Source: an uncultured Methyloversatilis sp. (GTDB taxonomy: Bacteria > Pseudomonadota > Gammaproteobacteria > Burkholderiales > Rhodocyclaceae). From it: DNA of 35,916 bases. The notes beneath the pieces were generated by a model. That model saw nothing but the letters and a program-made list of their open reading frames with translations, was not told where the DNA came from and made no database searches. Position numbers and translations under genes: made by a program. The DNA lies in assembly GCA_964471725.1 (NCBI GenBank), contig CAYYHO010000001.1:1-35916 (forward strand). Reading direction: 5' to 3'. Positions 16,614 through 25,949 of the stretch are shown here, in pieces; positions within the stretch are counted from its first letter, which is position 1; the number at the start of each line of letters is the position of its first letter.

Positions 16614-17039
16614 ATGGCTAAAAATGTCGACATACAAAACGCAAAGTACCAAGAAGCGGTTCGCCTCAAATATAACGGCGAGTCGTATATCGTCATTGCC
16701 AAGAAGCTCAAAACACCTCTCTCGACCGTACAGAAATGGTTTGCGTTCGGCGGATTACTCAAAGAGGAATACGACAAATACCGTGACGAACAGAATGAAA
16801 TCAAGAAAGCGGACGCACAAGAGATTCTTCGCAAGAACCTTGCTGTTGCCGCCAGCATGATGATTGCCCTTATGGGTAGCTCCGATGACAACGTTAAATT
16901 TCGTGCCGCCAAAGAAGTCCTTGACCGAGAACTGGGAAGCCCGAAAGAGACGGTCGAACATCGGGGATTATTCGGAACAGACCTAAGCTATGAACAAATC
17001 CTCCGAAAAGCAAGAGAGAAACCCCCTCCAGATGGTTAA
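16614..17039 (+). CDS. Putative terminase small subunit (HTH)
   Basis: HTH (YIVIAKKLKTPLSTVQKW), AAKEVLDRELG; immediately before TerL. Confidence 0.7.
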   Translation: MAKNVDIQNAKYQEAVRLKYNGESYIVIAKKLKTPLSTVQKWFAFGGLLKEEYDKYRDEQNEIKKADAQEILRKNLAVAASMMIALMGSSDDNVKFRAAKEVLDRELGSPKETVEHRGLFGTDLSYEQILRKAREKPPPDG

Positions 17040-18639
17040 TGATCTGGTGGAGGTGATGAGGATTTGCGACGCTGAACCGCAAGAATTCATCGAGAGGTGT
17101 TTATCAATAAAAACCAAAGATCAGCAAACAGTTCTTTTACACCTGAATACCGCTCAATCCCTGATCTACAACCGGATCAAGAGACTGCGAGCACTGGGTA
17201 AGCCGATACGAATGATCATCTTGAAAGCAAGACAAGAAGGAGTCTCAACACTGTGCGAAGCCCTGATCTTCGAACGAACTGCACGGTTTGAAAACACCAA
17301 CTCGCTTATAGTCGCCCATGAACCTGAATCAACTGACGCAATCTTTGCCATGAGTAAGCTGTTCTACGACATGCTTCCCACATGGGCGAAGCCAATGCGC
17401 CGGTACGACAATAAGAAACAGATGGTATTCGAGAATCCCGAGGAAAAGACGAGGACTGCAGACCCCGGACTGCGATCACGAATGGTCATTGCCACTGCAG
17501 ACAAAGTGAAAGTGGGTAGAGGTTTAACCCTCCACAACTTCCACGGCTCCGAGGTGGCGTTCTGGAAAAACGCCAAAGACCTGATGCTCTCGGCACTGCA
17601 AGCAATCCCGAACCTGCCCAATACTGCCGTGTTTCTGGAATCCACTGCCAACGGCTTCGGAGGTGACGGTGAATACTTCTACCGAACGGTGCAAGACGCA
17701 CTGGCCGGTAAGAGCGAGTTTGAACTCATCTTCCTGCCCTGGCACCTGATGCCCGAATACAGCATGGACTTCACCAGTGATAAAGAAAAAATAAAGTTTT
17801 CCGAAACACTGGACGAATACGAACGAAGTCTCAAGACAAAAGCCAAGCTGAACCTAGAACAACTGAACTGGCGACGCTGGGCAATCCAAAATCTCTGCGG
17901 GGGCGACGTGGACAAGTTCAAGCAAGAGTATCCGGCAACCATCGAGGAAGCGTTCGTGGCATCGAGCAAAGCAGTCATTCCAAAACAGTACGTGGAAGCC
18001 CAATCAAAGTTCACCCGGGCCCCGCTACGAAAGCTGGATGACATCCTGATTTACGAGGAACCGAATCCGAGACACTTCTACAGCTTGGGTGCAGACCCAA
18101 GCGAAGGAATCGGACAAGACGACTCGGCGATCACGGTAATCGACAAGATGACCGGACGTGAAGTCGGAAGTTACTTGGGACAGATACAACCAGACCTGTT
18201 TGCCAAGAAAATCAAACAGACTGCCCAACTGTTCAACGAAGCACTGGCTGTCATCGAAATAAACAATCATGGACTGGCGGTAATAAACGCTCTCAAAGCC
18301 GAGTACGGCAATCTGTACCAAAGAACCGTATTCGACAAAGTCACCAACACCAAGAGAAAAGAACTGGGATGGAAAACAACCCAAACCACAAAACCTCTCA
18401 TGGTAGACGACTTTATTGCCGGACTGCGTGACGAGGAAATCGGACTCTCAAGCACTGCAACCGTAAGCCAGATGATGACCTTCGTACACACCAATGAAAG
18501 CAACCGGCATGGCATGGGAGCGGAAACAGGACAAAAAGACGACTGCCTTATTTCAGCAATGCTCGCATGGCAAGGACTCAAGGAACTGCCAAGCGCAATG
18601 CCGAATCAGCGCAAAGGTCGATCAATAAAACTTTACTAA
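16990..18639 (+). CDS. terL: Terminase large subunit
   Basis: ILKARQEGVST, FHGSEVAFW, LESTANG, LGADPSEG, KDDCLIS. Confidence 0.93.
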   Translation: MNKSSEKQERNPLQMVNDLVEVMRICDAEPQEFIERCLSIKTKDQQTVLLHLNTAQSLIYNRIKRLRALGKPIRMIILKARQEGVSTLCEALIFERTARFENTNSLIVAHEPESTDAIFAMSKLFYDMLPTWAKPMRRYDNKKQMVFENPEEKTRTADPGLRSRMVIATADKVKVGRGLTLHNFHGSEVAFWKNAKDLMLSALQAIPNLPNTAVFLESTANGFGGDGEYFYRTVQDALAGKSEFELIFLPWHLMPEYSMDFTSDKEKIKFSETLDEYERSLKTKAKLNLEQLNWRRWAIQNLCGGDVDKFKQEYPATIEEAFVASSKAVIPKQYVEAQSKFTRAPLRKLDDILIYEEPNPRHFYSLGADPSEGIGQDDSAITVIDKMTGREVGSYLGQIQPDLFAKKIKQTAQLFNEALAVIEINNHGLAVINALKAEYGNLYQRTVFDKVTNTKRKELGWKTTQTTKPLMVDDFIAGLRDEEIGLSSTATVSQMMTFVHTNESNRHGMGAETGQKDDCLISAMLAWQGLKELPSAMPNQRKGRSIKLY

Positions 18640-18640
18640 T

Positions 18641-20548
18641 ATGGCCAATACCAAAGAACTACAAAAATATAATAACGAGTACGATGAAGCGAAAAAGAAC
18701 TTCTTGTACTACTACAAACCCGAATTTGATCGGGGGTATAAGCTATTCTCCTCTTTCAACGGAGATCGAGCCGTAGAACTGGAACAAACCACTGATGGTG
18801 AAGTATGGCAATCCAACGTCTTCATTCCCCAAGTTTTCGCATACATCAAAACATTTTTACAAAAGACTGTCGGCATTACCCCTGACTTCAAACTCGAGGG
18901 CAAGAACAGCGAAGCCATCAAAGACCTGATCCTGTGGCTCTGGGAGATTGGCATGAGTGACGACCTAATCGACTACTTCCTGCAGGTATTCATCTGCGGA
19001 ACGACCATTGGCAAAGACTTCCTCAAAAAAGAAACCAAGAAAAAGAGACAAAAAGAGATCGGCATGATCGACAAGATCAAGAAGCTGATATTTAAAACTG
19101 CCACCGAGAAAATAACCTTCCGACCAGACTTTGACCCGGTAGACGTTTATAACTTCTACCCACACCCGAGGATGAAAAAGATGGCCGATCCATTCCCCGT
19201 ATTCCACCGGTATGTGCTCACGCTGAACGAGATGAAGTCCCAGTATCCGGACGTGCCAACAACAACGTGGGATCAATTCGTGGACAAAGACGGCGAGGTT
19301 ATAAAGTCCGGAGGCGATACCACTGACTATGCCTATGTGCGAAAAGAGGTGCTTTTGCAACTCAAAAAGAATCTCCGAGAAACAACCAAAGCGTCCGTAC
19401 CAATCCAAGGCAATCCAAACAGTCCGGTCCAAGTGCCGGTAACCAGCGACAAGCTTTTTGAAGTCGTTGAACGATGGGTAGACGACCATTTCACCGTATT
19501 CCTGCCAATGGAAGGGACACCGATAGAAATCAAAGACAGCGAAAATCCATACGACCATCAACAGAAACCCTACTCCCGAACCGGCTTCTTCCCTCGACCG
19601 TTTTCGTTCTACTGGCTCGGCATTCCAAAGCTCGTAGACCACCTACAAGAACTCCTGAACTCGATAACCAATCAAAGAGTGGATGCGGTGACCATGAAAA
19701 TATACAGCATGATTGCCGCCGCACCAGTGGCATTGCCGGGATACAAACAATCAAGCATTACCGTAAGGCCGCTCGGAATCCTATGGACAAATGACCCGAA
19801 CTCCGTGCGTGAATTGAAGTTTGGAGACGTAAACTCATCTGCGTTTGTAGAACCCGATCACATTAAAGAAGCAATGAGAATCGCAGTCGGCATAGACGAA
19901 TACACCACCACTGCCGGTGCAGACCAAAAACAAACAGCGACCGTTGCCTCATTCATGCGAGAAGCGACACTTGAGGGAGTAAAACTCTTTCTCATCATGC
20001 TCCGCAATTCCTACGTCATGCACTTTGAACACTGGATCTGCATGATGAAGCAATTCTGGACAACCAAGTCCGTAATGCCAGACAAGGCCGTTGCCATCCT
20101 GATGCGACACGGACTTATAACCGAAACAGACGAAAACACCGAAGGACTTTTTGACTACGACTACGAGATGTCACTCGAATCAACATCAAGCCTTGCCACC
20201 AGCTCTGAATTGCGAAAGGCAAAGGATCTGGAACTCTGGGGACTGATTAAAGACGTAAACGAATTGACCGATCCGGAAACAGGAACGGTGTACTCGGTAA
20301 AGAAATTTAAGATTTTGCTGAAGCTCTTTGAGGACTACGGCTGGGAGCCAACCAACTACATTGCCGAACACAAACCTGCGCCTGTTGTCCCGAATCCTGC
20401 AGAGGTAACACCGCCGGGCCCGGGCGCAAACGATATAGCACCGGGTGATGCACCTGCCATAGACCCAAACGAAGGATCTATGCCAGCAAGAGAACCACTC
20501 CCCGGTAACGAAATGGGGGCGATGTTTGGCAACGCCATGAAGCAATAA
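18641..20548 (+). CDS. Portal protein
   Basis: 635 aa directly after TerL; VDVYNFYPHP, FYWLGIPKLVDHLQELLNSITNQRVD, QTAT; P-rich tail. Confidence 0.85.
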   Translation: MANTKELQKYNNEYDEAKKNFLYYYKPEFDRGYKLFSSFNGDRAVELEQTTDGEVWQSNVFIPQVFAYIKTFLQKTVGITPDFKLEGKNSEAIKDLILWLWEIGMSDDLIDYFLQVFICGTTIGKDFLKKETKKKRQKEIGMIDKIKKLIFKTATEKITFRPDFDPVDVYNFYPHPRMKKMADPFPVFHRYVLTLNEMKSQYPDVPTTTWDQFVDKDGEVIKSGGDTTDYAYVRKEVLLQLKKNLRETTKASVPIQGNPNSPVQVPVTSDKLFEVVERWVDDHFTVFLPMEGTPIEIKDSENPYDHQQKPYSRTGFFPRPFSFYWLGIPKLVDHLQELLNSITNQRVDAVTMKIYSMIAAAPVALPGYKQSSITVRPLGILWTNDPNSVRELKFGDVNSSAFVEPDHIKEAMRIAVGIDEYTTTAGADQKQTATVASFMREATLEGVKLFLIMLRNSYVMHFEHWICMMKQFWTTKSVMPDKAVAILMRHGLITETDENTEGLFDYDYEMSLESTSSLATSSELRKAKDLELWGLIKDVNELTDPETGTVYSVKKFKILLKLFEDYGWEPTNYIAEHKPAPVVPNPAEVTPPGPGANDIAPGDAPAIDPNEGSMPAREPLPGNEMGAMFGNAMKQ

Positions 20549-20552
20549 ACCT

Positions 20553-20792
20553 ATGAACGACACACTACACAAAGATATTGAGGAAACAATCAGCAATCTC
20601 TATGAGACCAAGTATTTTAATGCGCTCTCCGAACTTATTGCCAATGAACTGGAAATCACCAAGACGTGGTTACTCAACAAAGGACTTACCGCAGACGAAA
20701 TCAGATTTTATCAAGGTCGAGCCGAGGGCTTGGGAGTAATCCTGCTCCGTATTAAAACCATTCACGATGAACATATGAAAGCACCAACATAA
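20553..20792 (+). CDS. Small conserved head-module protein
   Basis: 79 aa between portal and scaffold, RFYQGRAEGL motif; AACCTATG start. Confidence 0.7.
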   Translation: MNDTLHKDIEETISNLYETKYFNALSELIANELEITKTWLLNKGLTADEIRFYQGRAEGLGVILLRIKTIHDEHMKAPT

Positions 20793-20886
20793 AACAACTC
20801 AACCCAAAGGAAATCGCCAAAATTTTGAGGGGTTCAGCTGGCCTCTTAAGATGGGATTTCTGGCGATTTCCACATCTTGAGAAGCC

Positions 20887-20920
20887 AACCGAGCCTCCAC
20901 AAAAGGGGCTCGGTTTATTA
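20887..20920 (+). terminator. Hairpin/possible terminator upstream of the scaffold gene
   Basis: AACCGAGCCTC / GGGGCTCGGTT followed by TATTA. Confidence 0.5.
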
Positions 20921-20991
20921 AATCAACGGACACCAAAGTAAGTCTGAGTGAGGTCAGACCCAACAAGGAGCAATCCGTTGCAATAAAGCCT

Positions 20992-21846
20992 ATGGACAAC
21001 AAAAACAATTCCGGCGCCGATCCGAACGCAAAGCCAGAGACTCCGTCTTTTGACGATGCGGTCGGTAAGGAACAACCGGTGAATTCCGTTCCGTCGGGCA
21101 CTCCGAGCGGAGACCAACCTGACAAGAAACCAGACGCCCCGGCTAAACCCGAGGATCAATCTGGCGTAAAGCCAAACGATAAGAGCCAAAATCCCGAGGG
21201 TAAACAACCCGAGGGCGACAAGTCCTTCTGGGGCAAGTTCAAGAGCGAGGACGATGCCAAACGCTCTTATGACGAAGCCCAGACCAAGATCATCGAGCAA
21301 GGTAAACAGCTTAACGAGCTCAAAACCGCAAGCGAGAAAAACGATCAGTTCCTCGCAATACTCGACAAGGCATTGGTCAAGCAACCGCAACTGGCCGAAC
21401 AGCTGAAAGCGGCACTCGCCGATGCTATGAAAGCCAGCGACGCAGAGCCAGCAAAGGACGAGCCCGACATTGAAGCTATCCTCGATAAAAAACTTGAGGA
21501 GCGAGAGACCAAGGCAAAGACGAAAGCCGAAATCGACAAATGGATCGGTGAACACGAGGACTTCAAAGACCCAGAAGTGGGTCACCAAGTACTCGACATC
21601 ATCGAGAAAGAAAAGCTTCCGTTCAATGCCCGGACACTTCAACTGGCTTACGATTCCGTAACGAAAGATTCGCAAGCAAAGAAAGCGGCCGATGAAGCTC
21701 TCAAGAAAGAGGAAGTGAAAAATCTCGAGCGAGAGAACGCATCCGGTGTTGGCGGTGGCACACCAGCCACCAAAGGCAACACACCACAAGACAGTCCCTT
21801 TGATGACCTTGTGGGATCAAGTATCAACCCAAATAAAGTCCGGTAA
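20992..21846 (+). CDS. Capsid scaffolding protein
   Basis: Disordered N-terminus, FWGKFKSEDDAKRSYDEAQ, acidic coiled coil; precedes the capsid gene. Confidence 0.8.
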   Translation: MDNKNNSGADPNAKPETPSFDDAVGKEQPVNSVPSGTPSGDQPDKKPDAPAKPEDQSGVKPNDKSQNPEGKQPEGDKSFWGKFKSEDDAKRSYDEAQTKIIEQGKQLNELKTASEKNDQFLAILDKALVKQPQLAEQLKAALADAMKASDAEPAKDEPDIEAILDKKLEERETKAKTKAEIDKWIGEHEDFKDPEVGHQVLDIIEKEKLPFNARTLQLAYDSVTKDSQAKKAADEALKKEEVKNLERENASGVGGGTPATKGNTPQDSPFDDLVGSSINPNKVR

Positions 21847-21902
21847 CGCTTATAAGATTTGAGGTCTCGTGAGCGGTTGCCGGTCTGTAACAACCACAAC
21901 CT

Positions 21903-23126
21903 ATGGCAGAACCAACCCACATCATCGGATCGAGAAATACGCTGACGATTGAACAATCCCAGCGTATCCCCGATGTCGATGACAAAATCTTCCTGCTTGA
22001 ACCGGGAGAGTCACCGCTCACCGCCTTTTTGACCCAAATCGGAAAGATCGGCGACGGTGGCGGCAAGTTCAAGGGCATGGCTCTACAAAAAAGAGTCGTG
22101 TACAACCCGGAGTTCATGGAATACGAGGATCAGTACTCTGGTGTCTGGGCGCAGATCAACAATGGTGCTGGATATTCATCCGGTGCCACTGCTCTCGTCG
22201 TAGACAACCCCAGTGCCGCTATCTTTACCAAGTTCGACCTGATTAAAAACACTCGAACCGGTGAAATCATGCGCGTCACTGCTGTCGATTACTCAACTCA
22301 AACGCTCACGGTAACCCGTGGAGCTGGTGCAACTGCGGCCGCCGCTATCAACGATAACGACTGGCTGTTGGTCATCGGCCCTGCGTTTGAGGAAGGATCG
22401 AAGTCCGGTGATTCTAATACGACCAAGCTCGTAAAGGTCACCAACTACACCCAAATCTTCAAAACGAAGTTTGGCGTGACCCAAACCGAAAACGCTTCGA
22501 AGCTCTACCCATCCGGCAACCCCGGTGCGGACTTGAAGTACCTGCGTGCAAAGCACGGTATCGAGCAAGCAAAGAAAATCGAGCGCGGATACTGGTTTGG
22601 TGAAAAGAAAGAAGTCACCGGTCCCGATGGCAAACCACTGCGTCTCACCGGAGGCATTCTTGAAGCGATCGTTGCCGCTGGCAACGTGCAGGATGAAGCC
22701 GCTTCGTCTCTCACCGAGCCGGAGTTCCGCTCGTTCCTGCAGAACTATGCCTTTAAGTACGGATCATCCGAGAAGTATTTCTTCTGCGGAAATACCGTAC
22801 TGGGCTACTTGGAAAGCTTTGCAACTTCCAAGATGTACATCGTACCGAGCGACAAGACCTACGGAGTCGAAATCCGTAAGTTCCAGTCGTCATTCGGAAC
22901 GCTGAACATCGTTCGTCACCCGATGTTTGACAACCAGTACGCCGGTATCGGTGTAGTGGTCGATCTCTCCACGCTCAAGCATTGTCCGTTGAATGGCCGA
23001 GACACCATGCTCGAAACCAACATCCAAGACAATGACGCTGACGAGGAAGTCGATCAGTACAAAACCGAAGCTGGTTTGCAGAGAGTCAACTTCGAAAAGA
23101 ACGCATTGCTCAAGGGCGTTGTCTAA
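21903..23126 (+). CDS. Major capsid protein (DUF5309/SU10-like)
   Basis: ESPLTAFL, NYTQIFK, RLTGGILE, SSFGTLNIVRH, TEAGLQ; 407 aa after the scaffold. Confidence 0.88.
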   Translation: MAEPTHIIGSRNTLTIEQSQRIPDVDDKIFLLEPGESPLTAFLTQIGKIGDGGGKFKGMALQKRVVYNPEFMEYEDQYSGVWAQINNGAGYSSGATALVVDNPSAAIFTKFDLIKNTRTGEIMRVTAVDYSTQTLTVTRGAGATAAAAINDNDWLLVIGPAFEEGSKSGDSNTTKLVKVTNYTQIFKTKFGVTQTENASKLYPSGNPGADLKYLRAKHGIEQAKKIERGYWFGEKKEVTGPDGKPLRLTGGILEAIVAAGNVQDEAASSLTEPEFRSFLQNYAFKYGSSEKYFFCGNTVLGYLESFATSKMYIVPSDKTYGVEIRKFQSSFGTLNIVRHPMFDNQYAGIGVVVDLSTLKHCPLNGRDTMLETNIQDNDADEEVDQYKTEAGLQRVNFEKNALLKGVV

Positions 23127-23223
23127 ACATCAACGGCTCTGCTCTGACTCGCTGGCTTTCACTCACGTGGAGGCCAGGAGTAAGAGCGGAGGCCAAGAAT
23201 TAAAAACTTAACTCTACAAACTT

Positions 23224-23595
23224 ATGGCCAAATATAATTCACACATCAAATCCTTAAGGATCGTTCTCAAACCGGCAATGCCGACGTTTGAGGGTGGAAC
23301 TAAGGTCGGCGACGTACCGGGCAAATACGCCCAATTCGTCGACGGTCAATTCGAAACTCAAGACGAGGAAGTCATCGAAAAACTAGAGTCCCTGCCGACA
23401 TTCAAGGTGGACTTTTGGAAAGTCGATGAGTCCGAGCAGTCCAAAGACGACAAAGAGCCGGAGGTCGACGGCGACTTGCAGAAACACACCAAGAAAGAAC
23501 TTCAAGCACTGGCTGAGGAAAAAGGCATCGAGCTTGATGGATCAGAGACCAAAGATCGTCTGATCGAACTCCTGCAAGAGAAGCAAGAAAACTAA
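23224..23595 (+). CDS. Head accessory protein with C-terminal Rho-N/HeH-like motif
   Basis: TKKELQALAEEKGIELDGSETKDRLIELL. Confidence 0.7.
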   Translation: MAKYNSHIKSLRIVLKPAMPTFEGGTKVGDVPGKYAQFVDGQFETQDEEVIEKLESLPTFKVDFWKVDESEQSKDDKEPEVDGDLQKHTKKELQALAEEKGIELDGSETKDRLIELLQEKQEN

Positions 23596-23607
23596 ACATC
23601 CACGCTT

Positions 23608-24387
23608 ATGGCAATAGTATCTGCAGACCTAAAAGAATATAAGTCGAATGCCACGAACTCTGACGGACAAGACATCTCTGCAACCGAAGTCGTGGACAAT
23701 GTCGACAATAACCTCTTTACCGATATCACCGGTGACGAGGCGGCGGCCGGAGGTACGGAGTACCGAAAGATATTCCGAAAAAATACCCACGGCTCACTCA
23801 CGTGGCAAAACGTCGTGTCATGGCTTTTGAGCCAACCGACCAATGCCGCTCTCTCGTTCGGATTCGGAATCAATCACACCGATGATGCCGACGGAGCGCA
23901 AGGCAACATGTCAGTGTTTGGCGCAAACGCAGTTGTTGCAGTTGTTTCCGATGGTGCTGATACCAGACAGATCACTGTTGTCGGCGAGGATGCATCTGGA
24001 AACAGACAATCCGAGAACTTAACCCTCAACGGCACCACCGAAGTTGTGGGAGCTTTGACGTTCTCAAAACTCTACGGTGCGTATGCGGCTTCACTTTCCG
24101 GATCAAGAATCGTAACCATCCGACAAGGATCGGGAGGTACAACCCGAGGCACTATCGGCGTAAATAAAAAGATCAGTTTTATCTGGTACGGAAAGAAATA
24201 CTCCGGCGGATCACTGGTCAACGCCGAGGGTGGCGATATGGCAAGCAAAGCCGCTGGAATGAAAAACGGTGACATTGCACCAGCCGGAAACTTCGGTCTC
24301 TGGTATCGCATCACCTGGCCAGCTGGGGCCGGTGCGGTAACCGCCAACTCAACTCAAGTGAAATCCGAGGGCGACACCGCCGCATAG
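23608..24387 (+). CDS. Virion structural protein
   Basis: Gly/Ala/Thr-rich beta protein; NNLFTDITGDEAAAGGTEYRKIFRKN, GLWYRIT; in the structural operon. Confidence 0.65.
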   Translation: MAIVSADLKEYKSNATNSDGQDISATEVVDNVDNNLFTDITGDEAAAGGTEYRKIFRKNTHGSLTWQNVVSWLLSQPTNAALSFGFGINHTDDADGAQGNMSVFGANAVVAVVSDGADTRQITVVGEDASGNRQSENLTLNGTTEVVGALTFSKLYGAYAASLSGSRIVTIRQGSGGTTRGTIGVNKKISFIWYGKKYSGGSLVNAEGGDMASKAAGMKNGDIAPAGNFGLWYRITWPAGAGAVTANSTQVKSEGDTAA

Positions 24388-24401
24388 AGAACTTATAACC
24401 T

Positions 24402-25943
24402 ATGGCCAAGACTTTCCTCACCAAAAAGAACAATGCCAAGAGCACGATCACTGATAATCCTCTCGGATCGGGAGCGACAACTTTGAACGTGCAGTCTGGC
24501 GATGGTGCGAAGTTTCCGGCCGCCCCATTCCACGCAACGCTCTACACAACCGATGCGGCACTTGGGGAGATTGTAAGAGTCACCGCAAAATCCACTGACG
24601 CATTCACGATTGTCCGAGCCAAAGAAGGAACCTCTGCGCAGTCGTGGGCTCAAGGGGCTCACATCGAACTCTTAGTGACTGCCCAGCTCTTTGACGACTT
24701 CCAAACCCGAACAGAAGTGATTGTCGCAACCGATGGGTCTGGCGACTACAACTGCGACGGCACGGCCGATGAATCCGAGATCAACGAAGCGATAAGCAAC
24801 TTGCCATCTGGCGGTGGTGTGGTGGTGCTCAAAAAAGGAACGTACACCATTGCTGGAAACATCAACATCCTGAAAAGCAATGTCATCCTGCGAGGCGAGG
24901 GAAAATCAACCAAGATCACGCTGGCCAACTCAACTAACGTGGACATTATCCAAGTCGGCAATGGATCAACCATCGTAAACGATTGTGTGGTCGAGGACTT
25001 AACGGTTGACGGCAATAGAGCCAATCAAACCTCTCTTGGGTCAGCCATTGTGCTCTACGGCTCATCCGGCACAAAAGCTCTGCGAAATATCGTGCGAGGA
25101 TGCCGACTGACGAACTGCTACTTGGACTGCCTAAAACTGATCTATGCCGATAAAAGCATCATCGAAAACAACATCATCGATGAAAATACCGGCGGTGCTG
25201 GTATCGGTATTTTCTCCAGCTCACAGACAAACGACATCATCGGGAACATCCTGATCCACAATTCCTACGGCGTTTATTCAAACGCCCACTACAACAACAT
25301 AACCGGCAATGTGTTTGTCGATAACACCTCATACGGTGTGTACCTAAACGGAGTCGTGAACTTCAACGTTTCCGGCAACTGGTTCGGAAGCGTCGCTTAT
25401 TTCCAAACCGGTGTTTACTTGGCGGCCAGCACTGCAAGAACCGCGATCACCGGTAATAGTTTCTACCAACCATACCGAGCAGTTCTCGGCGCGGCCGACT
25501 CCAACGTGATCGGCAACACGATAAGCGGCAATAGCATCTACCTTGCCAACCAAGAAGCGATCTATTTGCAAGCCGGTGCAAATCAAAACGTGATTGTCGG
25601 CAACACCATCCGCTCAACCGCATTGCACGCCATCAGAATCCGTGGGTCCAAAAATGTCATCTCCAGCAACATGCTGATCGACAACGGAACGGGAACGAAT
25701 AACACCTACAGCGACATTTTTCTCGATGACAACGGAACTACTTATTCAACCTACAACACGGTCATTGGCAACAACTGCCAAGCGGCGGCCGCGAATAAGG
25801 TCGCATACCACATCCGAGAAAATGCCACCGGCGATGACTTCAACCTGATTATCGGCAACGTGTGCAAAGACGCAGTCACTGCACAAATCTCACTACAAGG
25901 CACCAACTCCGTGCGAGGAACAAACATACCGGCATCTGGTTAA
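24402..25943 (+). CDS. Right-handed beta-helix (pectate-lyase/NosD-like) fibre or spike protein
   Basis: INEAISNLPSGGGVVVLKKGTY, repeated IxGN/NxI rungs. Confidence 0.85.
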   Translation: MAKTFLTKKNNAKSTITDNPLGSGATTLNVQSGDGAKFPAAPFHATLYTTDAALGEIVRVTAKSTDAFTIVRAKEGTSAQSWAQGAHIELLVTAQLFDDFQTRTEVIVATDGSGDYNCDGTADESEINEAISNLPSGGGVVVLKKGTYTIAGNINILKSNVILRGEGKSTKITLANSTNVDIIQVGNGSTIVNDCVVEDLTVDGNRANQTSLGSAIVLYGSSGTKALRNIVRGCRLTNCYLDCLKLIYADKSIIENNIIDENTGGAGIGIFSSSQTNDIIGNILIHNSYGVYSNAHYNNITGNVFVDNTSYGVYLNGVVNFNVSGNWFGSVAYFQTGVYLAASTARTAITGNSFYQPYRAVLGAADSNVIGNTISGNSIYLANQEAIYLQAGANQNVIVGNTIRSTALHAIRIRGSKNVISSNMLIDNGTGTNNTYSDIFLDDNGTTYSTYNTVIGNNCQAAAANKVAYHIRENATGDDFNLIIGNVCKDAVTAQISLQGTNSVRGTNIPASG

Positions 25944-25949
25944 ACGCTT

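Noticed and set aside
20923..21789. 288-aa minus-strand ORF
   Set aside because: Antisense shadow of the scaffold gene; F/L/V-rich composition mirrors K/E codons
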